Positions 55,425-64,000 of a DNA stretch of 64,000 nucleotides are shown here, piece after piece. The notes beneath the pieces are model-generated. The model ran no database searches. It had not been told where the DNA came from and saw only the letters and a program-made list of their open reading frames with translations. The stretch covers positions 96,001-160,000 of the forward strand of contig CAVUXE010000058.1 in the NCBI GenBank assembly GCA_963745235.1, written 5' to 3'. The DNA is from an uncultured Spirochaetota bacterium (GTDB taxonomy: Bacteria; Spirochaetota; Spirochaetia; SZUA-6; Fen-1364). The position numbers and the translations under genes are program-made. Numbering within the stretch: the stretch's first letter is position 1; every line of letters begins with the position of its first letter.

Positions 55425-57707
55425 TTGCTCGTGAGGAAATCATTGCTCCTCCTATGCTTCTCGGCGGCCTCAGCCTTTGCGCAGGTTACGTTCTCCGGCC
55501 TGGACCTCTCGCCGAAGGACCGACTGCTGTTCGCCGCGTCCGCCCTCTATCCCGACTATGGCACGTTCTCCACGCTTTTCCTTGCGGATGCGCATACCCG
55601 GGGGATACGCGAGCTCACCTGTTTCCCCGAGGAAGTCCTGCTCCTGCAGGACAAGGACGTGCTGCAGATCCAGAACCGCTTCGGGGTGTTCCGCTCGGGA
55701 CCGGGATTCACCACCATCGCGCCCCTGCCCATTTTCCCCTCCTTCGTCGGGGGCAGCCAGATCCAGGTCGGCAGAATTGCTCCCATGCAGACGTCCCCGG
55801 ACGGCCGCTACCTCCTCTATACGCGCGCGACCTCCACGGCCTTTGGGGACCTGGTCCTTCTCGATGTCTCTGCGGGAAAGGAGACAGTCGTCTCCCAGCG
55901 CGTGGAGCTCTCCCTGGAGGCGCTGCCCGCCCTGTGGTCTCCGGACTCGCTTTTCATCGTCTACACCAAGGCCGCCAGCCTCTTCTACTATTCCCTTCCC
56001 CAGATGCGAGACGGCCGGGTGCTGACTGAATCGCTGCGCCGGATCGGCGGCGGAACTATTGCCAACGTCCGCTGGAGCAGGGACCGCAGCCTGCTCTACG
56101 TCTCCGGGCTCGTCGTCTACGCCATCGATCCGAGGGAGCTCTTCACCCGCGCGCTCTACGCCGGGTTCCTGAAGATCGGGAAGATCGAGGGGAAGATCCC
56201 CTTCGATTTCGATTCGAACTTCGACTCCTTCTGGGTGTCCCCCGATGGGAGGAACCTCCTCCTCAACAAGGGGGGCCGCAACCTCTTCCTCTATTACCTG
56301 TCCACCGACGACTTTCACCCCAACGGCACGCCGCTCAACCTGCCGTACCTGTACCTGCCCCGCGACACGACAGTGCGCAAGGTCATCTGGTCCTCGAACA
56401 ACGTCGTCACCATGCTCTGCGAGACACGGACCTCCGGCGTGCGGGGAACCGCCGTGTTCCGCCTCTCCACTGACGCCCAGGGGCGCTACGGCAGCTTCCA
56501 GCAGACCGCCGACAAGGGCGTGCTGGACATCAGCCTCTCCCCCGATGAAAGCCTTGCCGCCATCAGGGAGGCCGACGGTGTCTCGTGGCGCGACTATGCA
56601 ACCTGGACGGAGAAGGGCAGGGCGGCCCACCCGTCGCCGCTGCACGTCCTGTGGCTGAGCCAGGAGGAGCTGCTCGTGGCGGGGGCGTATTTCATCGAAA
56701 GGCTCTCCCTGGCCACCGGCGGCTCGACACTCGTGGCCTTGTCCCAGCCGGGCGAGTACGGCTTTGCGGTTGACTCCGACTCCGTGGAGACCTCGGCGAA
56801 GGGCAGGGCGCTTGCCTTCGATGAGACAAGCGGCGCCTGGAAATCCACACAGGCCTACTCGGTGCGGCCGCCCAGCGCGGCCTCCGAGGACCTTCGCGTC
56901 TACCTGGAAGGCTCGGTTCGCGGCATCTACTCCAACCTCGTCATGATCCGCGACGCCAAGGGGTACGGGACGACGCCCCTCTTTCCTCCGGAGCGCTCGG
57001 TTTACGAGCCGTTCCCGGCCGCTGATGAGCCCGTGAGCTTTGTCAACTTCACGCACGGCTCGCGGATCCGTCGTCGGGAGGTCAGCCTCGTGTTCAACGC
57101 CGTGGATTCCGCGGAGGGATTGACGGGAATCCTCAACACCCTGTCGGCATACGGGATCCGGTCCACGTTCTTCGTGAACGGCGAGTTCATCCGGCGCTAC
57201 CCGGATGCGGTGCGGGAGATCGCTGAATCCGGCCACGAGGTGGGCTCGCTCTTTTCGGCCTATTTCACCATGACAGACTCCCGTTTCGGCGTGGACCGAA
57301 GCTTCGTCAAGGCCGGCCTTGCCCGCAACGAGGATGACTACTTCGCGGCGACCGGCCGGGAGCTCTCCCTGCTGTGGCACGCGCCCTACTACATCGTGAG
57401 CTCCGACATCATTGCCGCGGCGGCCGAGATGAACTACGTGTACGTGGGACGGGACCTGGACTCCTACGACTGGGTCGCGGCCACTGATTTCAACAGGGCG
57501 CGGGGGATCTACTTCCCCGCCGCACAGCTCGTCGAGCGCATCATTTCTCAGAAGAAGCCGGGCTCCATCATCCCCATCCAGGTGGGAATGGTGGGCGGCC
57601 CCCGGGACGACTATCTCTTCCAGAAGCTTGATCTCATCATCAACGAGCTCATCCTTCTCGGGTTCCAGATCGTGCCGGTCTCCACGCTCATGGAACACGC
57701 CAGGTAG
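55425..57707 (+). CDS. secreted beta-propeller protein with C-terminal polysaccharide deacetylase-like domain
   Basis: Signal peptide, repeated SPDG/WSPD motifs, STFFVNGE...IAESGHEVG, HAPY, KPGSII. Confidence 0.75.
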   Translation: MLVRKSLLLLCFSAASAFAQVTFSGLDLSPKDRLLFAASALYPDYGTFSTLFLADAHTRGIRELTCFPEEVLLLQDKDVLQIQNRFGVFRSGPGFTTIAPLPIFPSFVGGSQIQVGRIAPMQTSPDGRYLLYTRATSTAFGDLVLLDVSAGKETVVSQRVELSLEALPALWSPDSLFIVYTKAASLFYYSLPQMRDGRVLTESLRRIGGGTIANVRWSRDRSLLYVSGLVVYAIDPRELFTRALYAGFLKIGKIEGKIPFDFDSNFDSFWVSPDGRNLLLNKGGRNLFLYYLSTDDFHPNGTPLNLPYLYLPRDTTVRKVIWSSNNVVTMLCETRTSGVRGTAVFRLSTDAQGRYGSFQQTADKGVLDISLSPDESLAAIREADGVSWRDYATWTEKGRAAHPSPLHVLWLSQEELLVAGAYFIERLSLATGGSTLVALSQPGEYGFAVDSDSVETSAKGRALAFDETSGAWKSTQAYSVRPPSAASEDLRVYLEGSVRGIYSNLVMIRDAKGYGTTPLFPPERSVYEPFPAADEPVSFVNFTHGSRIRRREVSLVFNAVDSAEGLTGILNTLSAYGIRSTFFVNGEFIRRYPDAVREIAESGHEVGSLFSAYFTMTDSRFGVDRSFVKAGLARNEDDYFAATGRELSLLWHAPYYIVSSDIIAAAAEMNYVYVGRDLDSYDWVAATDFNRARGIYFPAAQLVERIISQKKPGSIIPIQVGMVGGPRDDYLFQKLDLIINELILLGFQIVPVSTLMEHAR

Positions 57708-57730
57708 ACACGCAGGAAGGGGGAATTGGG

Positions 57731-58159
57731 GTGAAAGCGAACGACCCAGTGCAGGCGTACAAGGAAACTCAGATCAAGACGGCGAACCAGATCAGGCTGA
57801 TCGTCATGCTCTACGACGGGGCAATACGTCACCTGAACCTCGCCCTGGATTCCTTCTCCGAGGGCCACCGGCGCTACGACGCGATCAACAACCACATCAT
57901 CGCCGCGCAGGACATCCTTTCCGAGCTGACCGCCTCCCTGGATTTCGAGAAGGGCGGGTTGCTCGCGAAGAACCTGTTCAGCCTCTACAGCTTCATGAAC
58001 CGTCAGCTGATGGAGGCGAATCTGAAGAAGGACCCCGGCCCGCTGCAGACCGTCAAGAAGCACCTGAGCGAGCTTCGGGAAGCATGGGAAGAGATATCGA
58101 CCCGCAAAGGCCTCGAGGAGAAAGGCGGGACAGTGTCTGGCGTGAACATAGCCGGATGA
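57731..58159 (+). CDS. fliS: flagellar export chaperone FliS
   Basis: AYKETQIKTA..RLIVMLYDGAI, AQDILSEL..SLDFEKGG, LREAW. Confidence 0.93.
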   Translation: MKANDPVQAYKETQIKTANQIRLIVMLYDGAIRHLNLALDSFSEGHRRYDAINNHIIAAQDILSELTASLDFEKGGLLAKNLFSLYSFMNRQLMEANLKKDPGPLQTVKKHLSELREAWEEISTRKGLEEKGGTVSGVNIAG

Positions 58160-58173
58160 GAAGGGAAGCACCA

Positions 58174-58656
58174 ATGCAAGCAACAACCGCAAACACGATG
58201 ACCACCGCAGGCGCAATGACCACCGAACAGAGAGTGGCGCTCCTGAAGCGCCTTCGGGACATGCTGCAGCGACAGCGCGAGAAGTTCCAGGGCTACCTTT
58301 CCCTGCTCGAGCAGGAGGAGTCCTCCATTGCCCGCGGGGACGCGGAGACCCTCCTGACGCAGGTGGAGATGGAGAAATCGATCATCGCTGACATCTTCTC
58401 CCTCAAGAAGGTGATCGAGCCGCTTGAAAATCTCTACCAGGCCGCCTATCCGCGCGCGGAAGAAACCGTGCCCCGGCTGAAGGCCACGTTGGACAGGATG
58501 AGCGAGCAGGTGATTGCCCACAACGCGAAAAACAGGGCGCTCCTGCGCGCGCGCATGGACGACCTTCGCCTGGAGATCGCCTCCTTGCGCGCGTGGCCGC
58601 GGGGATCATCCAGCTTCTCCCCCGTGACTCCGGGTCTCGTCGACATCACGACGTAG
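58174..58656 (+). CDS. FlgN-like flagellar chaperone (alternative start 58156)
   Basis: Helical protein after fliS: QREKFQGYLSLLEQEE..., HNAKNRALL, LVDITT. Confidence 0.65.
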   Translation: MQATTANTMTTAGAMTTEQRVALLKRLRDMLQRQREKFQGYLSLLEQEESSIARGDAETLLTQVEMEKSIIADIFSLKKVIEPLENLYQAAYPRAEETVPRLKATLDRMSEQVIAHNAKNRALLRARMDDLRLEIASLRAWPRGSSSFSPVTPGLVDITT

Positions 58657-58657
58657 G

Positions 58658-58681
58658 CCGGGAGCCTGCAAAGGCTCCCGG
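58658..58681 (+). terminator. hairpin after the fliS operon
   Basis: CCGGGAGCCT-GCAA-AGGCTCCCGG with a weak pyrimidine tail. Confidence 0.55.
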
Positions 58682-58879
58682 TCCTCGCCTCTCTTGCAAC
58701 TGCAACTCTGGAAAGGCTATGTCTTAGGCCCCAATACCAATTACGCCTAAACTTGAGAAGTCAAACGAGATGGCTCGACGCGCGGCGAGCCGTAAATAGC
58801 CGCCGCAGCGGATGTCTCTGCTATGTCCAAAAGCTTGCGCTTATGGTGAACTGCCGTAGAATATGGCAAAAGCTGGAGG

Positions 58880-59135
58880 GCCAGCCGCCGTCCATGTCTT
58901 GGAACACCCGGTCCATGACCCCGCGGCCCCAGCAGCATCATGAGCTCAAGCAGATTGCGCTCGATCAACAACAGCTCAGTACTGTCGGTGATCTTCTTGC
59001 CCTAGGCAGCCTTGAAAGCTTCTGCGATCTGAGGTACCAAGGAATCCATTGCCAGGCCCCTCCCGGTTTGCGGTGAGATTTGTGGTCAACTCACCATACC
59101 GCAAACCAGAGGGGCTTGCGCGGCAATGCCCACCC
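58880..59135 (-). mobile_element. degenerate IS left end with transposase N-terminal remnant (ISKra4/ISLre2-like, tentative)
   Basis: SD GGAGGGG plus ATG 59049: MDSLVPQIAEAFKAA*GKKITDSTELLLIERNLLELMMLLG/RGVMDRVFQDMDGG, with a stop and a frameshift. Upstream hairpin. Abrupt junction with a permease fragment at 59135. Confidence 0.45.
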
Positions 59136-59297
59136 TTGACCATTGGTCTTGCAAAATATGCATTCAAGCAGTATACCATCGGCTATGGACCGGTTCTTGC
59201 TGGCGCTGTTATTTCAATTATCCCTGTCGTCGTTGCCCACATTTTTCTCCAACAACACATAGTGCGCGGCATTGCCCTTGGCAGTGTCAACGGATGA
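59136..59297 (+). pseudogene. 3' fragment of a carbohydrate ABC permease (MalG-like)
   Basis: LTIGL...YGPVLAGAVISIIPVVVAHIFLQQHIVRGIALGSVNG* is the typical CUT1 permease C-terminus. No 5' part is present. Confidence 0.8.
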
Positions 59298-59305
59298 ACT
59301 AGCCC

Positions 59306-61774
59306 ATGCAGCAGACGATCCGCAATAAGAAAGTGGTATTGTCTTTCGATCTGAAAAGAGGACTGATCACCCATCTGGAATTCCTTGATGATAAAGACGG
59401 GATGAATTGGCTAATCTCGCCAGCAACTCTGGAGAGGTATGGTTTTTCAGAGAGTATCTGCTGTTTGTGGGGGAAAAGCCATATTGAATCAAATCATGTT
59501 ATTGATACAGGCAAATTGGAACCAAGTGAAACAATTCAGCGGGATGACTCGATATGCTTCAAATACAACTTGGATGGACTCATTGTGACTCATCTGTTCA
59601 CCATAGGTGAGAATTCTCTGGACTGGAGTTTCTCCATTAAAAATACCGGTAAGGCGGATATTGAAATCGAAAAAATGTACCACTGGCTTCCTCTTGCCTA
59701 TATTATGCACAAGGATTTCCAGGAGAATGTCAATCATTCCTGCTCCATGGTTCCCTCCATAGCTGGAAACCATTCACATATAATCTGTCGGAAACGGAAA
59801 AAGAATGGCGATGCAATATATATATGCAATAAAAGTGGGAAGATGAAATCTGTGGGTTCGTTGTGCAGATACACCAATTTATTCTTCGAGAAGACGTCAC
59901 CTTCGTTGAATGGATTGGTCTTGTATAATGTCGTCAATGCATACAAGAATTTGGAAATCGAAAGTAGCCACTTTTTCGACTGGCAATATCGGGAAATGTA
60001 TAAGTCGATCACAATTGAGCCAGGAGCCCAGTTTGACGATGGATACACAATCAGATACGATCCCGCTCTTGATGAAAAAAAAGCACTCCAATCTTCCGGC
60101 TGCGCCGTCATCGATTACGATCCGATACTTCAATTCGGCCATTCGTCGCATATAGAAGTCCATTATGCTTCGCCGGTGAGAAGCTGTGTGATCTATGGAA
60201 TTGACGATACAGGCTTGTTTATTGAGCATGAACTGCCACTGCCGGAACAGGGAAACAGGATAGGGATTCCGACTCAGAACCGCGCAGGTGAAAAGAAGCT
60301 CGAACTTGAATTCATGGATGGAACGAAGACGTTCGTCATCTTCGCCGTCTATGAATCCGTGCGGGACATAATAGTTTCATTCTGCAATCATGAGGTCACG
60401 AACAGGTTCATAGATGATGTGAACTCCAAGTATTATTGCGCCTATCAATCCGTATCCCCCCAGGGAGAATCCTGCGCTAAAGGTTCTCTCATACTCCTTA
60501 AGAATCTGCTTACGCGGCAAAACTCAGCCGAGATCAGGCAGGTGGAACGAAATGCTGTCAATTATCTGAAAAAAAATTGGCTGAATGACGACTTCACCGC
60601 TGTTAAGAAATATCCGGGAGGCTTTGCCCGAATATTCGACTTGGATTATTTGATCATGGAATTCTATCATCTATCCCTCTGTGAAACCAGGCACCTTGCG
60701 CTCAATTCAGCCGATACCTACCTGGAATGGTGCTGCAAGATCGCACTGTACCGTTTTTCAGAGACATCGGACAAGCTTCCTCGTGAAAACGCGGAAACCC
60801 ATGCTGCAAGCATGATCTCCTGGATTCAGCTGCAAATGTTCAAAAAATTGGAGGAAAAGGGCTTTATAAATGAATCGCGCTTGCTGCAAAAGCATTGGAC
60901 GGCGAATATAGAAGAGCAATGCGCCAAGATCGCTGATCTTTCTTTTATTGTTACTGAGCACTACTTCGACAATGCGGGGATTGCATGCACTGCGGAGACG
61001 CTCGTCAGAAGCGGAAAAATCGAGGAAGGAGTTCAAGCAGCAGAGCTTCTGCTATCCAACGTGGCAAGCAGTAACGACTACAGAAACTTTGCTCCAGATC
61101 GCTGGTGGGAGGCCCTTGCATGCATGTACCACAATCTCTGGGCTGTGCTTGCAGCAAAGGCGATGCTGACCGTTTATGATTATACCTTGGATAATCGTTT
61201 CCTTCTAGCCGCTTATAAGGCAATGATGCCAATGTTCTATAATTATGATTGGAATGCCAGATCTGCACCTAAGAAATTGATCCGGGGCGAAGGAGTCTCC
61301 GCATATTGCATTACGAGTCCCAATCTCAACAATGAGTATTGCTCCCGCAACCGTTTCGGACAATCTATCTTCAAGGGCGAGTTCTTTGAAAAACTGGAAT
61401 TGTTAGGTGATGATTGGGACCTAGGCGTCGATCTTATCGCCTATCTCTCAACCTTCGGGCAGTTTACCTATATAACGAGAATCGCCAACGAAAATCGATG
61501 CGTCAACGGCAGTTTGCAAATGCAGAAAGGACAAATGACGGTTGAGTCCTTTGCGGCATTTCCCGCCGGCTACTTCATAGAAGAAAATAGAACATGGATA
61601 ATACGAGGCAATACCAATTTCACTATGAACTCAATTACCATGGAAAAGGGAGAATGCATAGCTGTAACAATTGAGAAAACAGACCCAGCGAGCGAGGTTG
61701 TCATCCGCTCGATATGTAATGGGGTCGAGATGGCTATCCATCCCAAGGTTGTTTTGCAGCGAGTGAGGGCTTGA
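59306..61774 (+). CDS. large low-GC hypothetical protein, possibly glycoside hydrolase-like (DUF5695-like, tentative)
   Basis: Intact 822-aa ORF at about 40-45% GC by eye, with a beta-rich N-half and a helical C-half (EHYFDNAG, DRWWEA..MYHNLW). Follows a sugar permease fragment. Confidence 0.7.
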   Translation: MQQTIRNKKVVLSFDLKRGLITHLEFLDDKDGMNWLISPATLERYGFSESICCLWGKSHIESNHVIDTGKLEPSETIQRDDSICFKYNLDGLIVTHLFTIGENSLDWSFSIKNTGKADIEIEKMYHWLPLAYIMHKDFQENVNHSCSMVPSIAGNHSHIICRKRKKNGDAIYICNKSGKMKSVGSLCRYTNLFFEKTSPSLNGLVLYNVVNAYKNLEIESSHFFDWQYREMYKSITIEPGAQFDDGYTIRYDPALDEKKALQSSGCAVIDYDPILQFGHSSHIEVHYASPVRSCVIYGIDDTGLFIEHELPLPEQGNRIGIPTQNRAGEKKLELEFMDGTKTFVIFAVYESVRDIIVSFCNHEVTNRFIDDVNSKYYCAYQSVSPQGESCAKGSLILLKNLLTRQNSAEIRQVERNAVNYLKKNWLNDDFTAVKKYPGGFARIFDLDYLIMEFYHLSLCETRHLALNSADTYLEWCCKIALYRFSETSDKLPRENAETHAASMISWIQLQMFKKLEEKGFINESRLLQKHWTANIEEQCAKIADLSFIVTEHYFDNAGIACTAETLVRSGKIEEGVQAAELLLSNVASSNDYRNFAPDRWWEALACMYHNLWAVLAAKAMLTVYDYTLDNRFLLAAYKAMMPMFYNYDWNARSAPKKLIRGEGVSAYCITSPNLNNEYCSRNRFGQSIFKGEFFEKLELLGDDWDLGVDLIAYLSTFGQFTYITRIANENRCVNGSLQMQKGQMTVESFAAFPAGYFIEENRTWIIRGNTNFTMNSITMEKGECIAVTIEKTDPASEVVIRSICNGVEMAIHPKVVLQRVRA

Positions 61775-61923
61775 TGCTCGCAAGCAGCGCTTTATGGCAT
61801 TTTGGGCTGGAGAGCTTACAGTGCTCCCTCGAGGTGGAAACTGCAGTGGAAGGGAAGGATAAAGTGATAAGCTCCTCTTTGTCCCCTTGTGGAGAAGGGG
61901 AGACCCTGAGATAAAGAGCTGTC

Positions 61924-64000
61924 ATGGAAACCTCCCATAACCCGGACACGGCCTTCGGGCCCGCCATTACCAACTCACTGTGCCTTGTGGACGGCTACAG
62001 CGTCATCTACCGGGGCTACTTCGCGTTTCTGAACAGGCCGCTCCTGAACCCGGAAGGGAAGAACTCCTCCTCGGTATTCGTCTTCTTCCGCACTCTCATG
62101 CAGGTCGTGCGGGAGAAGGCGCCGGGACTCGTTGCCGTGACAATGGATTCCCGCATCCCGACGTTCCGCCACGAACGCTTTTCCCAGTACAAGGCAAACC
62201 GGGAGAAGGCGCCGGCCGACCTGCACGCCCAGGTGCCCGTGATAGAGGAGATCCTTTCGGCTCTCGGAGTGCCCTGCCTGCGGGCGGACGGCTTCGAAGC
62301 GGACGACGTGATTGCCACCCTCGCGGAGGACTGCAGGAAATCCGGCCGGCCCTGCTGGATCCTCTCGGGAGACAAGGACATCCTGCAGCTCATCGGGGGC
62401 AACGTCCGCCTGCTTGCGCAGGAGAAGGGCTCTTCGGAAATCGTCGAATACTCGCGTGAAAGAGTCTTCGAGTCCCGCGGCGTCTATCCGGAGCAGATTG
62501 CCGATTTTCTGGCCTTGACGGGGGATTCCTCGGACAACGTCCCCGGCGTGGCCGGTGTCGGGGAAAAGACCGCGTTGAAGCTCCTGGCCGGCTGATGGGA
62601 GCATCGATCAGATCTACAAGAGCCTGGATGGGGTAACACCTGAGTCGCTTCGAAAAAAGCTGGCGGAGGGGAAGGACTCTGCCCTGCTTTCCCGTGAGCT
62701 GGTTACGCTCCGCCGCGACGTGCCGGGTCTTCCGCAGCCTGAGCAGTTGCCGCCGGCCGGCTGGAACGTGCAAGCGGCCATCCCGCTTTTCGAACGCCAG
62801 GGAATGAAGAGCATAGTCGCGGACCTCCTCAAGCTTTTCCCGAAAGCCGCGGCCGCCGCTTGGCAAGCCGTGGCTCCGGCGCCGCGCGCCGCGGATGACC
62901 CTGCGCCTGCGGCGAGGCCCGCTCTTGCCAATGCCCAGCCGGCTCCTGGCAGTGCCCCGCCGGTGGTCATGCTTGAGCGCACTGCGCCGGGGACCTACAC
63001 CACCGTCACGAGCGTTTCAGAATTGGAGACATGGATCGAGCGCGCTCGGGCCGCCGGGGTCTACGCCTTTGACGTTGAAACCGACGGCACCGACGAGATG
63101 CGGGCCATCCTCCTTGGCTTCTCCCTGTCCGTGGAGGAGGGGAAGGCCTGCTATGTGCCCGTGCGCGCCAGGGACATCGCGTGCATTCCGGAAGATGACG
63201 TGCGCCGCCGCATCGCCGCGCTTCTGGAAGACCCGAAGGCGCGCCTGGTCGGGCAGAACGCCAAGTACGACTACAAGGTGGTTCGCCGCTGGGGTGTAAC
63301 CCCGGCAAACGTCTTCTTCGACACGATGGTTGCGGCCTGGATGCTGGACAGCGAGCAGGGGACGTACGGCCTGGACAGGATGGCGGAGCAGCGACTCGGC
63401 TACCAGACCCTCCCTTACGAGGACCTTGTCGGCAAGGGTCAGACCCTCCAGGACGTCCCCATCCAGCAGGTCACCGACTATTCGGGGGAGGACGCGGACC
63501 TGACGCTGCGCCTGTACAAGCTTCTTCTCCCGGAGCTTGAGGCAGCGGGGCTCTCGCCCCTGTTTACCCGGGTGGAAATGCCTCTCCTGGTCGTGCTGGC
63601 GGAAATGGAGCTGGCGGGAATCCGGGTCCTTTCCGCTGAGCTGCAACGGTACGGCCGGGAGATAGAGAAAGATCTTTCGCAGCTGGAGTCACAGATCTAC
63701 GACCTGTGCGGGAGGAAGTTCAACATCAATTCCACCAAGCAGCTGCAGGAGATCCTCTTCTCGTGGAGGAAGCTCACCCCCGTGAGGAAGACCAAGACGG
63801 GATTCTCCACGGACGAGGACGTGCTGGAGATCCTGGCCTCCCAGGACCCCGTGCCGGAGAAGATCCTGGCGCATCGCAAGCTTTCCAAGCTCAAGTCGAC
63901 CTACGTGGATGCCCTGCCCCTGCAGGTCAACGAGGCAACGGGCCGCCTGCACACGCACTACGTCCAGACGGGCGCGGCCACGGGCCGGCTTGCCAGCAAG
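61924..64000 (+). CDS. polA: DNA polymerase I (frameshift near 62595; runs off the window end)
   Basis: 5' nuclease motifs LVDGYSVIYR, YKANR, EADDVIA, GDSSDNVPGV. Downstream frame has FDVET, QNAKYD, FNINSTKQL, KLKSTYVD, ATGRL. Confidence 0.96.

Noticed and set aside
61870-61905. Hairpin TCCCCTT...AAGGGGA upstream of polA as an IS right end or REP
   Set aside because: Single short copy with no match to the 59135 end and no target duplication visible.
62590-62600. TGA in polA as selenocysteine/readthrough or a split polA
   Set aside because: The downstream polA sequence (GSIDQIY) continues in a different frame, so an indel rather than recoding explains it.

Overview
High-GC (roughly two-thirds G+C by eye) bacterial chromosomal window, most likely from an uncultured spirochaete (Spirochaetota). 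The assignment rests on fliS-flgN-polA, a spirochaete-type LysM lipoprotein, a spirochaete-type prs and several hypotheticals that look lineage-typical. Many genes, including the essential murD, prs and polA, are broken by single-base indels, which points to long-read consensus errors rather than real pseudogenes. Contents in order: end of an F1Fo ATP synthase operon (atpAGDC), TPR protein and flavoprotein reductase, complete complex I operon (nuoA-N with fused CD), polyprenyl synthase and menG, PPDK with a histone-H1-like tail, rubrerythrin, a deleted CoA-activase remnant, murD, a head-to-head pair of a GTP-PEPCK and a divergent PEPCK-like protein, a NifA-like sigma-54 activator with a consensus sigma-54 promoter in front of amtB-glnK, aminotransferases, radical SAM protein, sugar ABC parts, two envelope proteins, phosphohexomutase/glgP, aroDE, prs, an epimerase, a deacetylase-like protein, fliS/flgN, a 3.2-kb low-GC insert (IS remnant, truncated permease, 822-aa unknown protein) and polA. 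No rRNA, tRNA or CRISPR array was seen. The most notable observations are the self-contained NifA-like/sigma-54/AmtB/P-II module with twin palindromic operators, the two divergent PEPCKs, the basic PPDK tail, divergent promoters sharing one palindromic -35, and the low-GC island. All family assignments come from motif recognition, not database searches.
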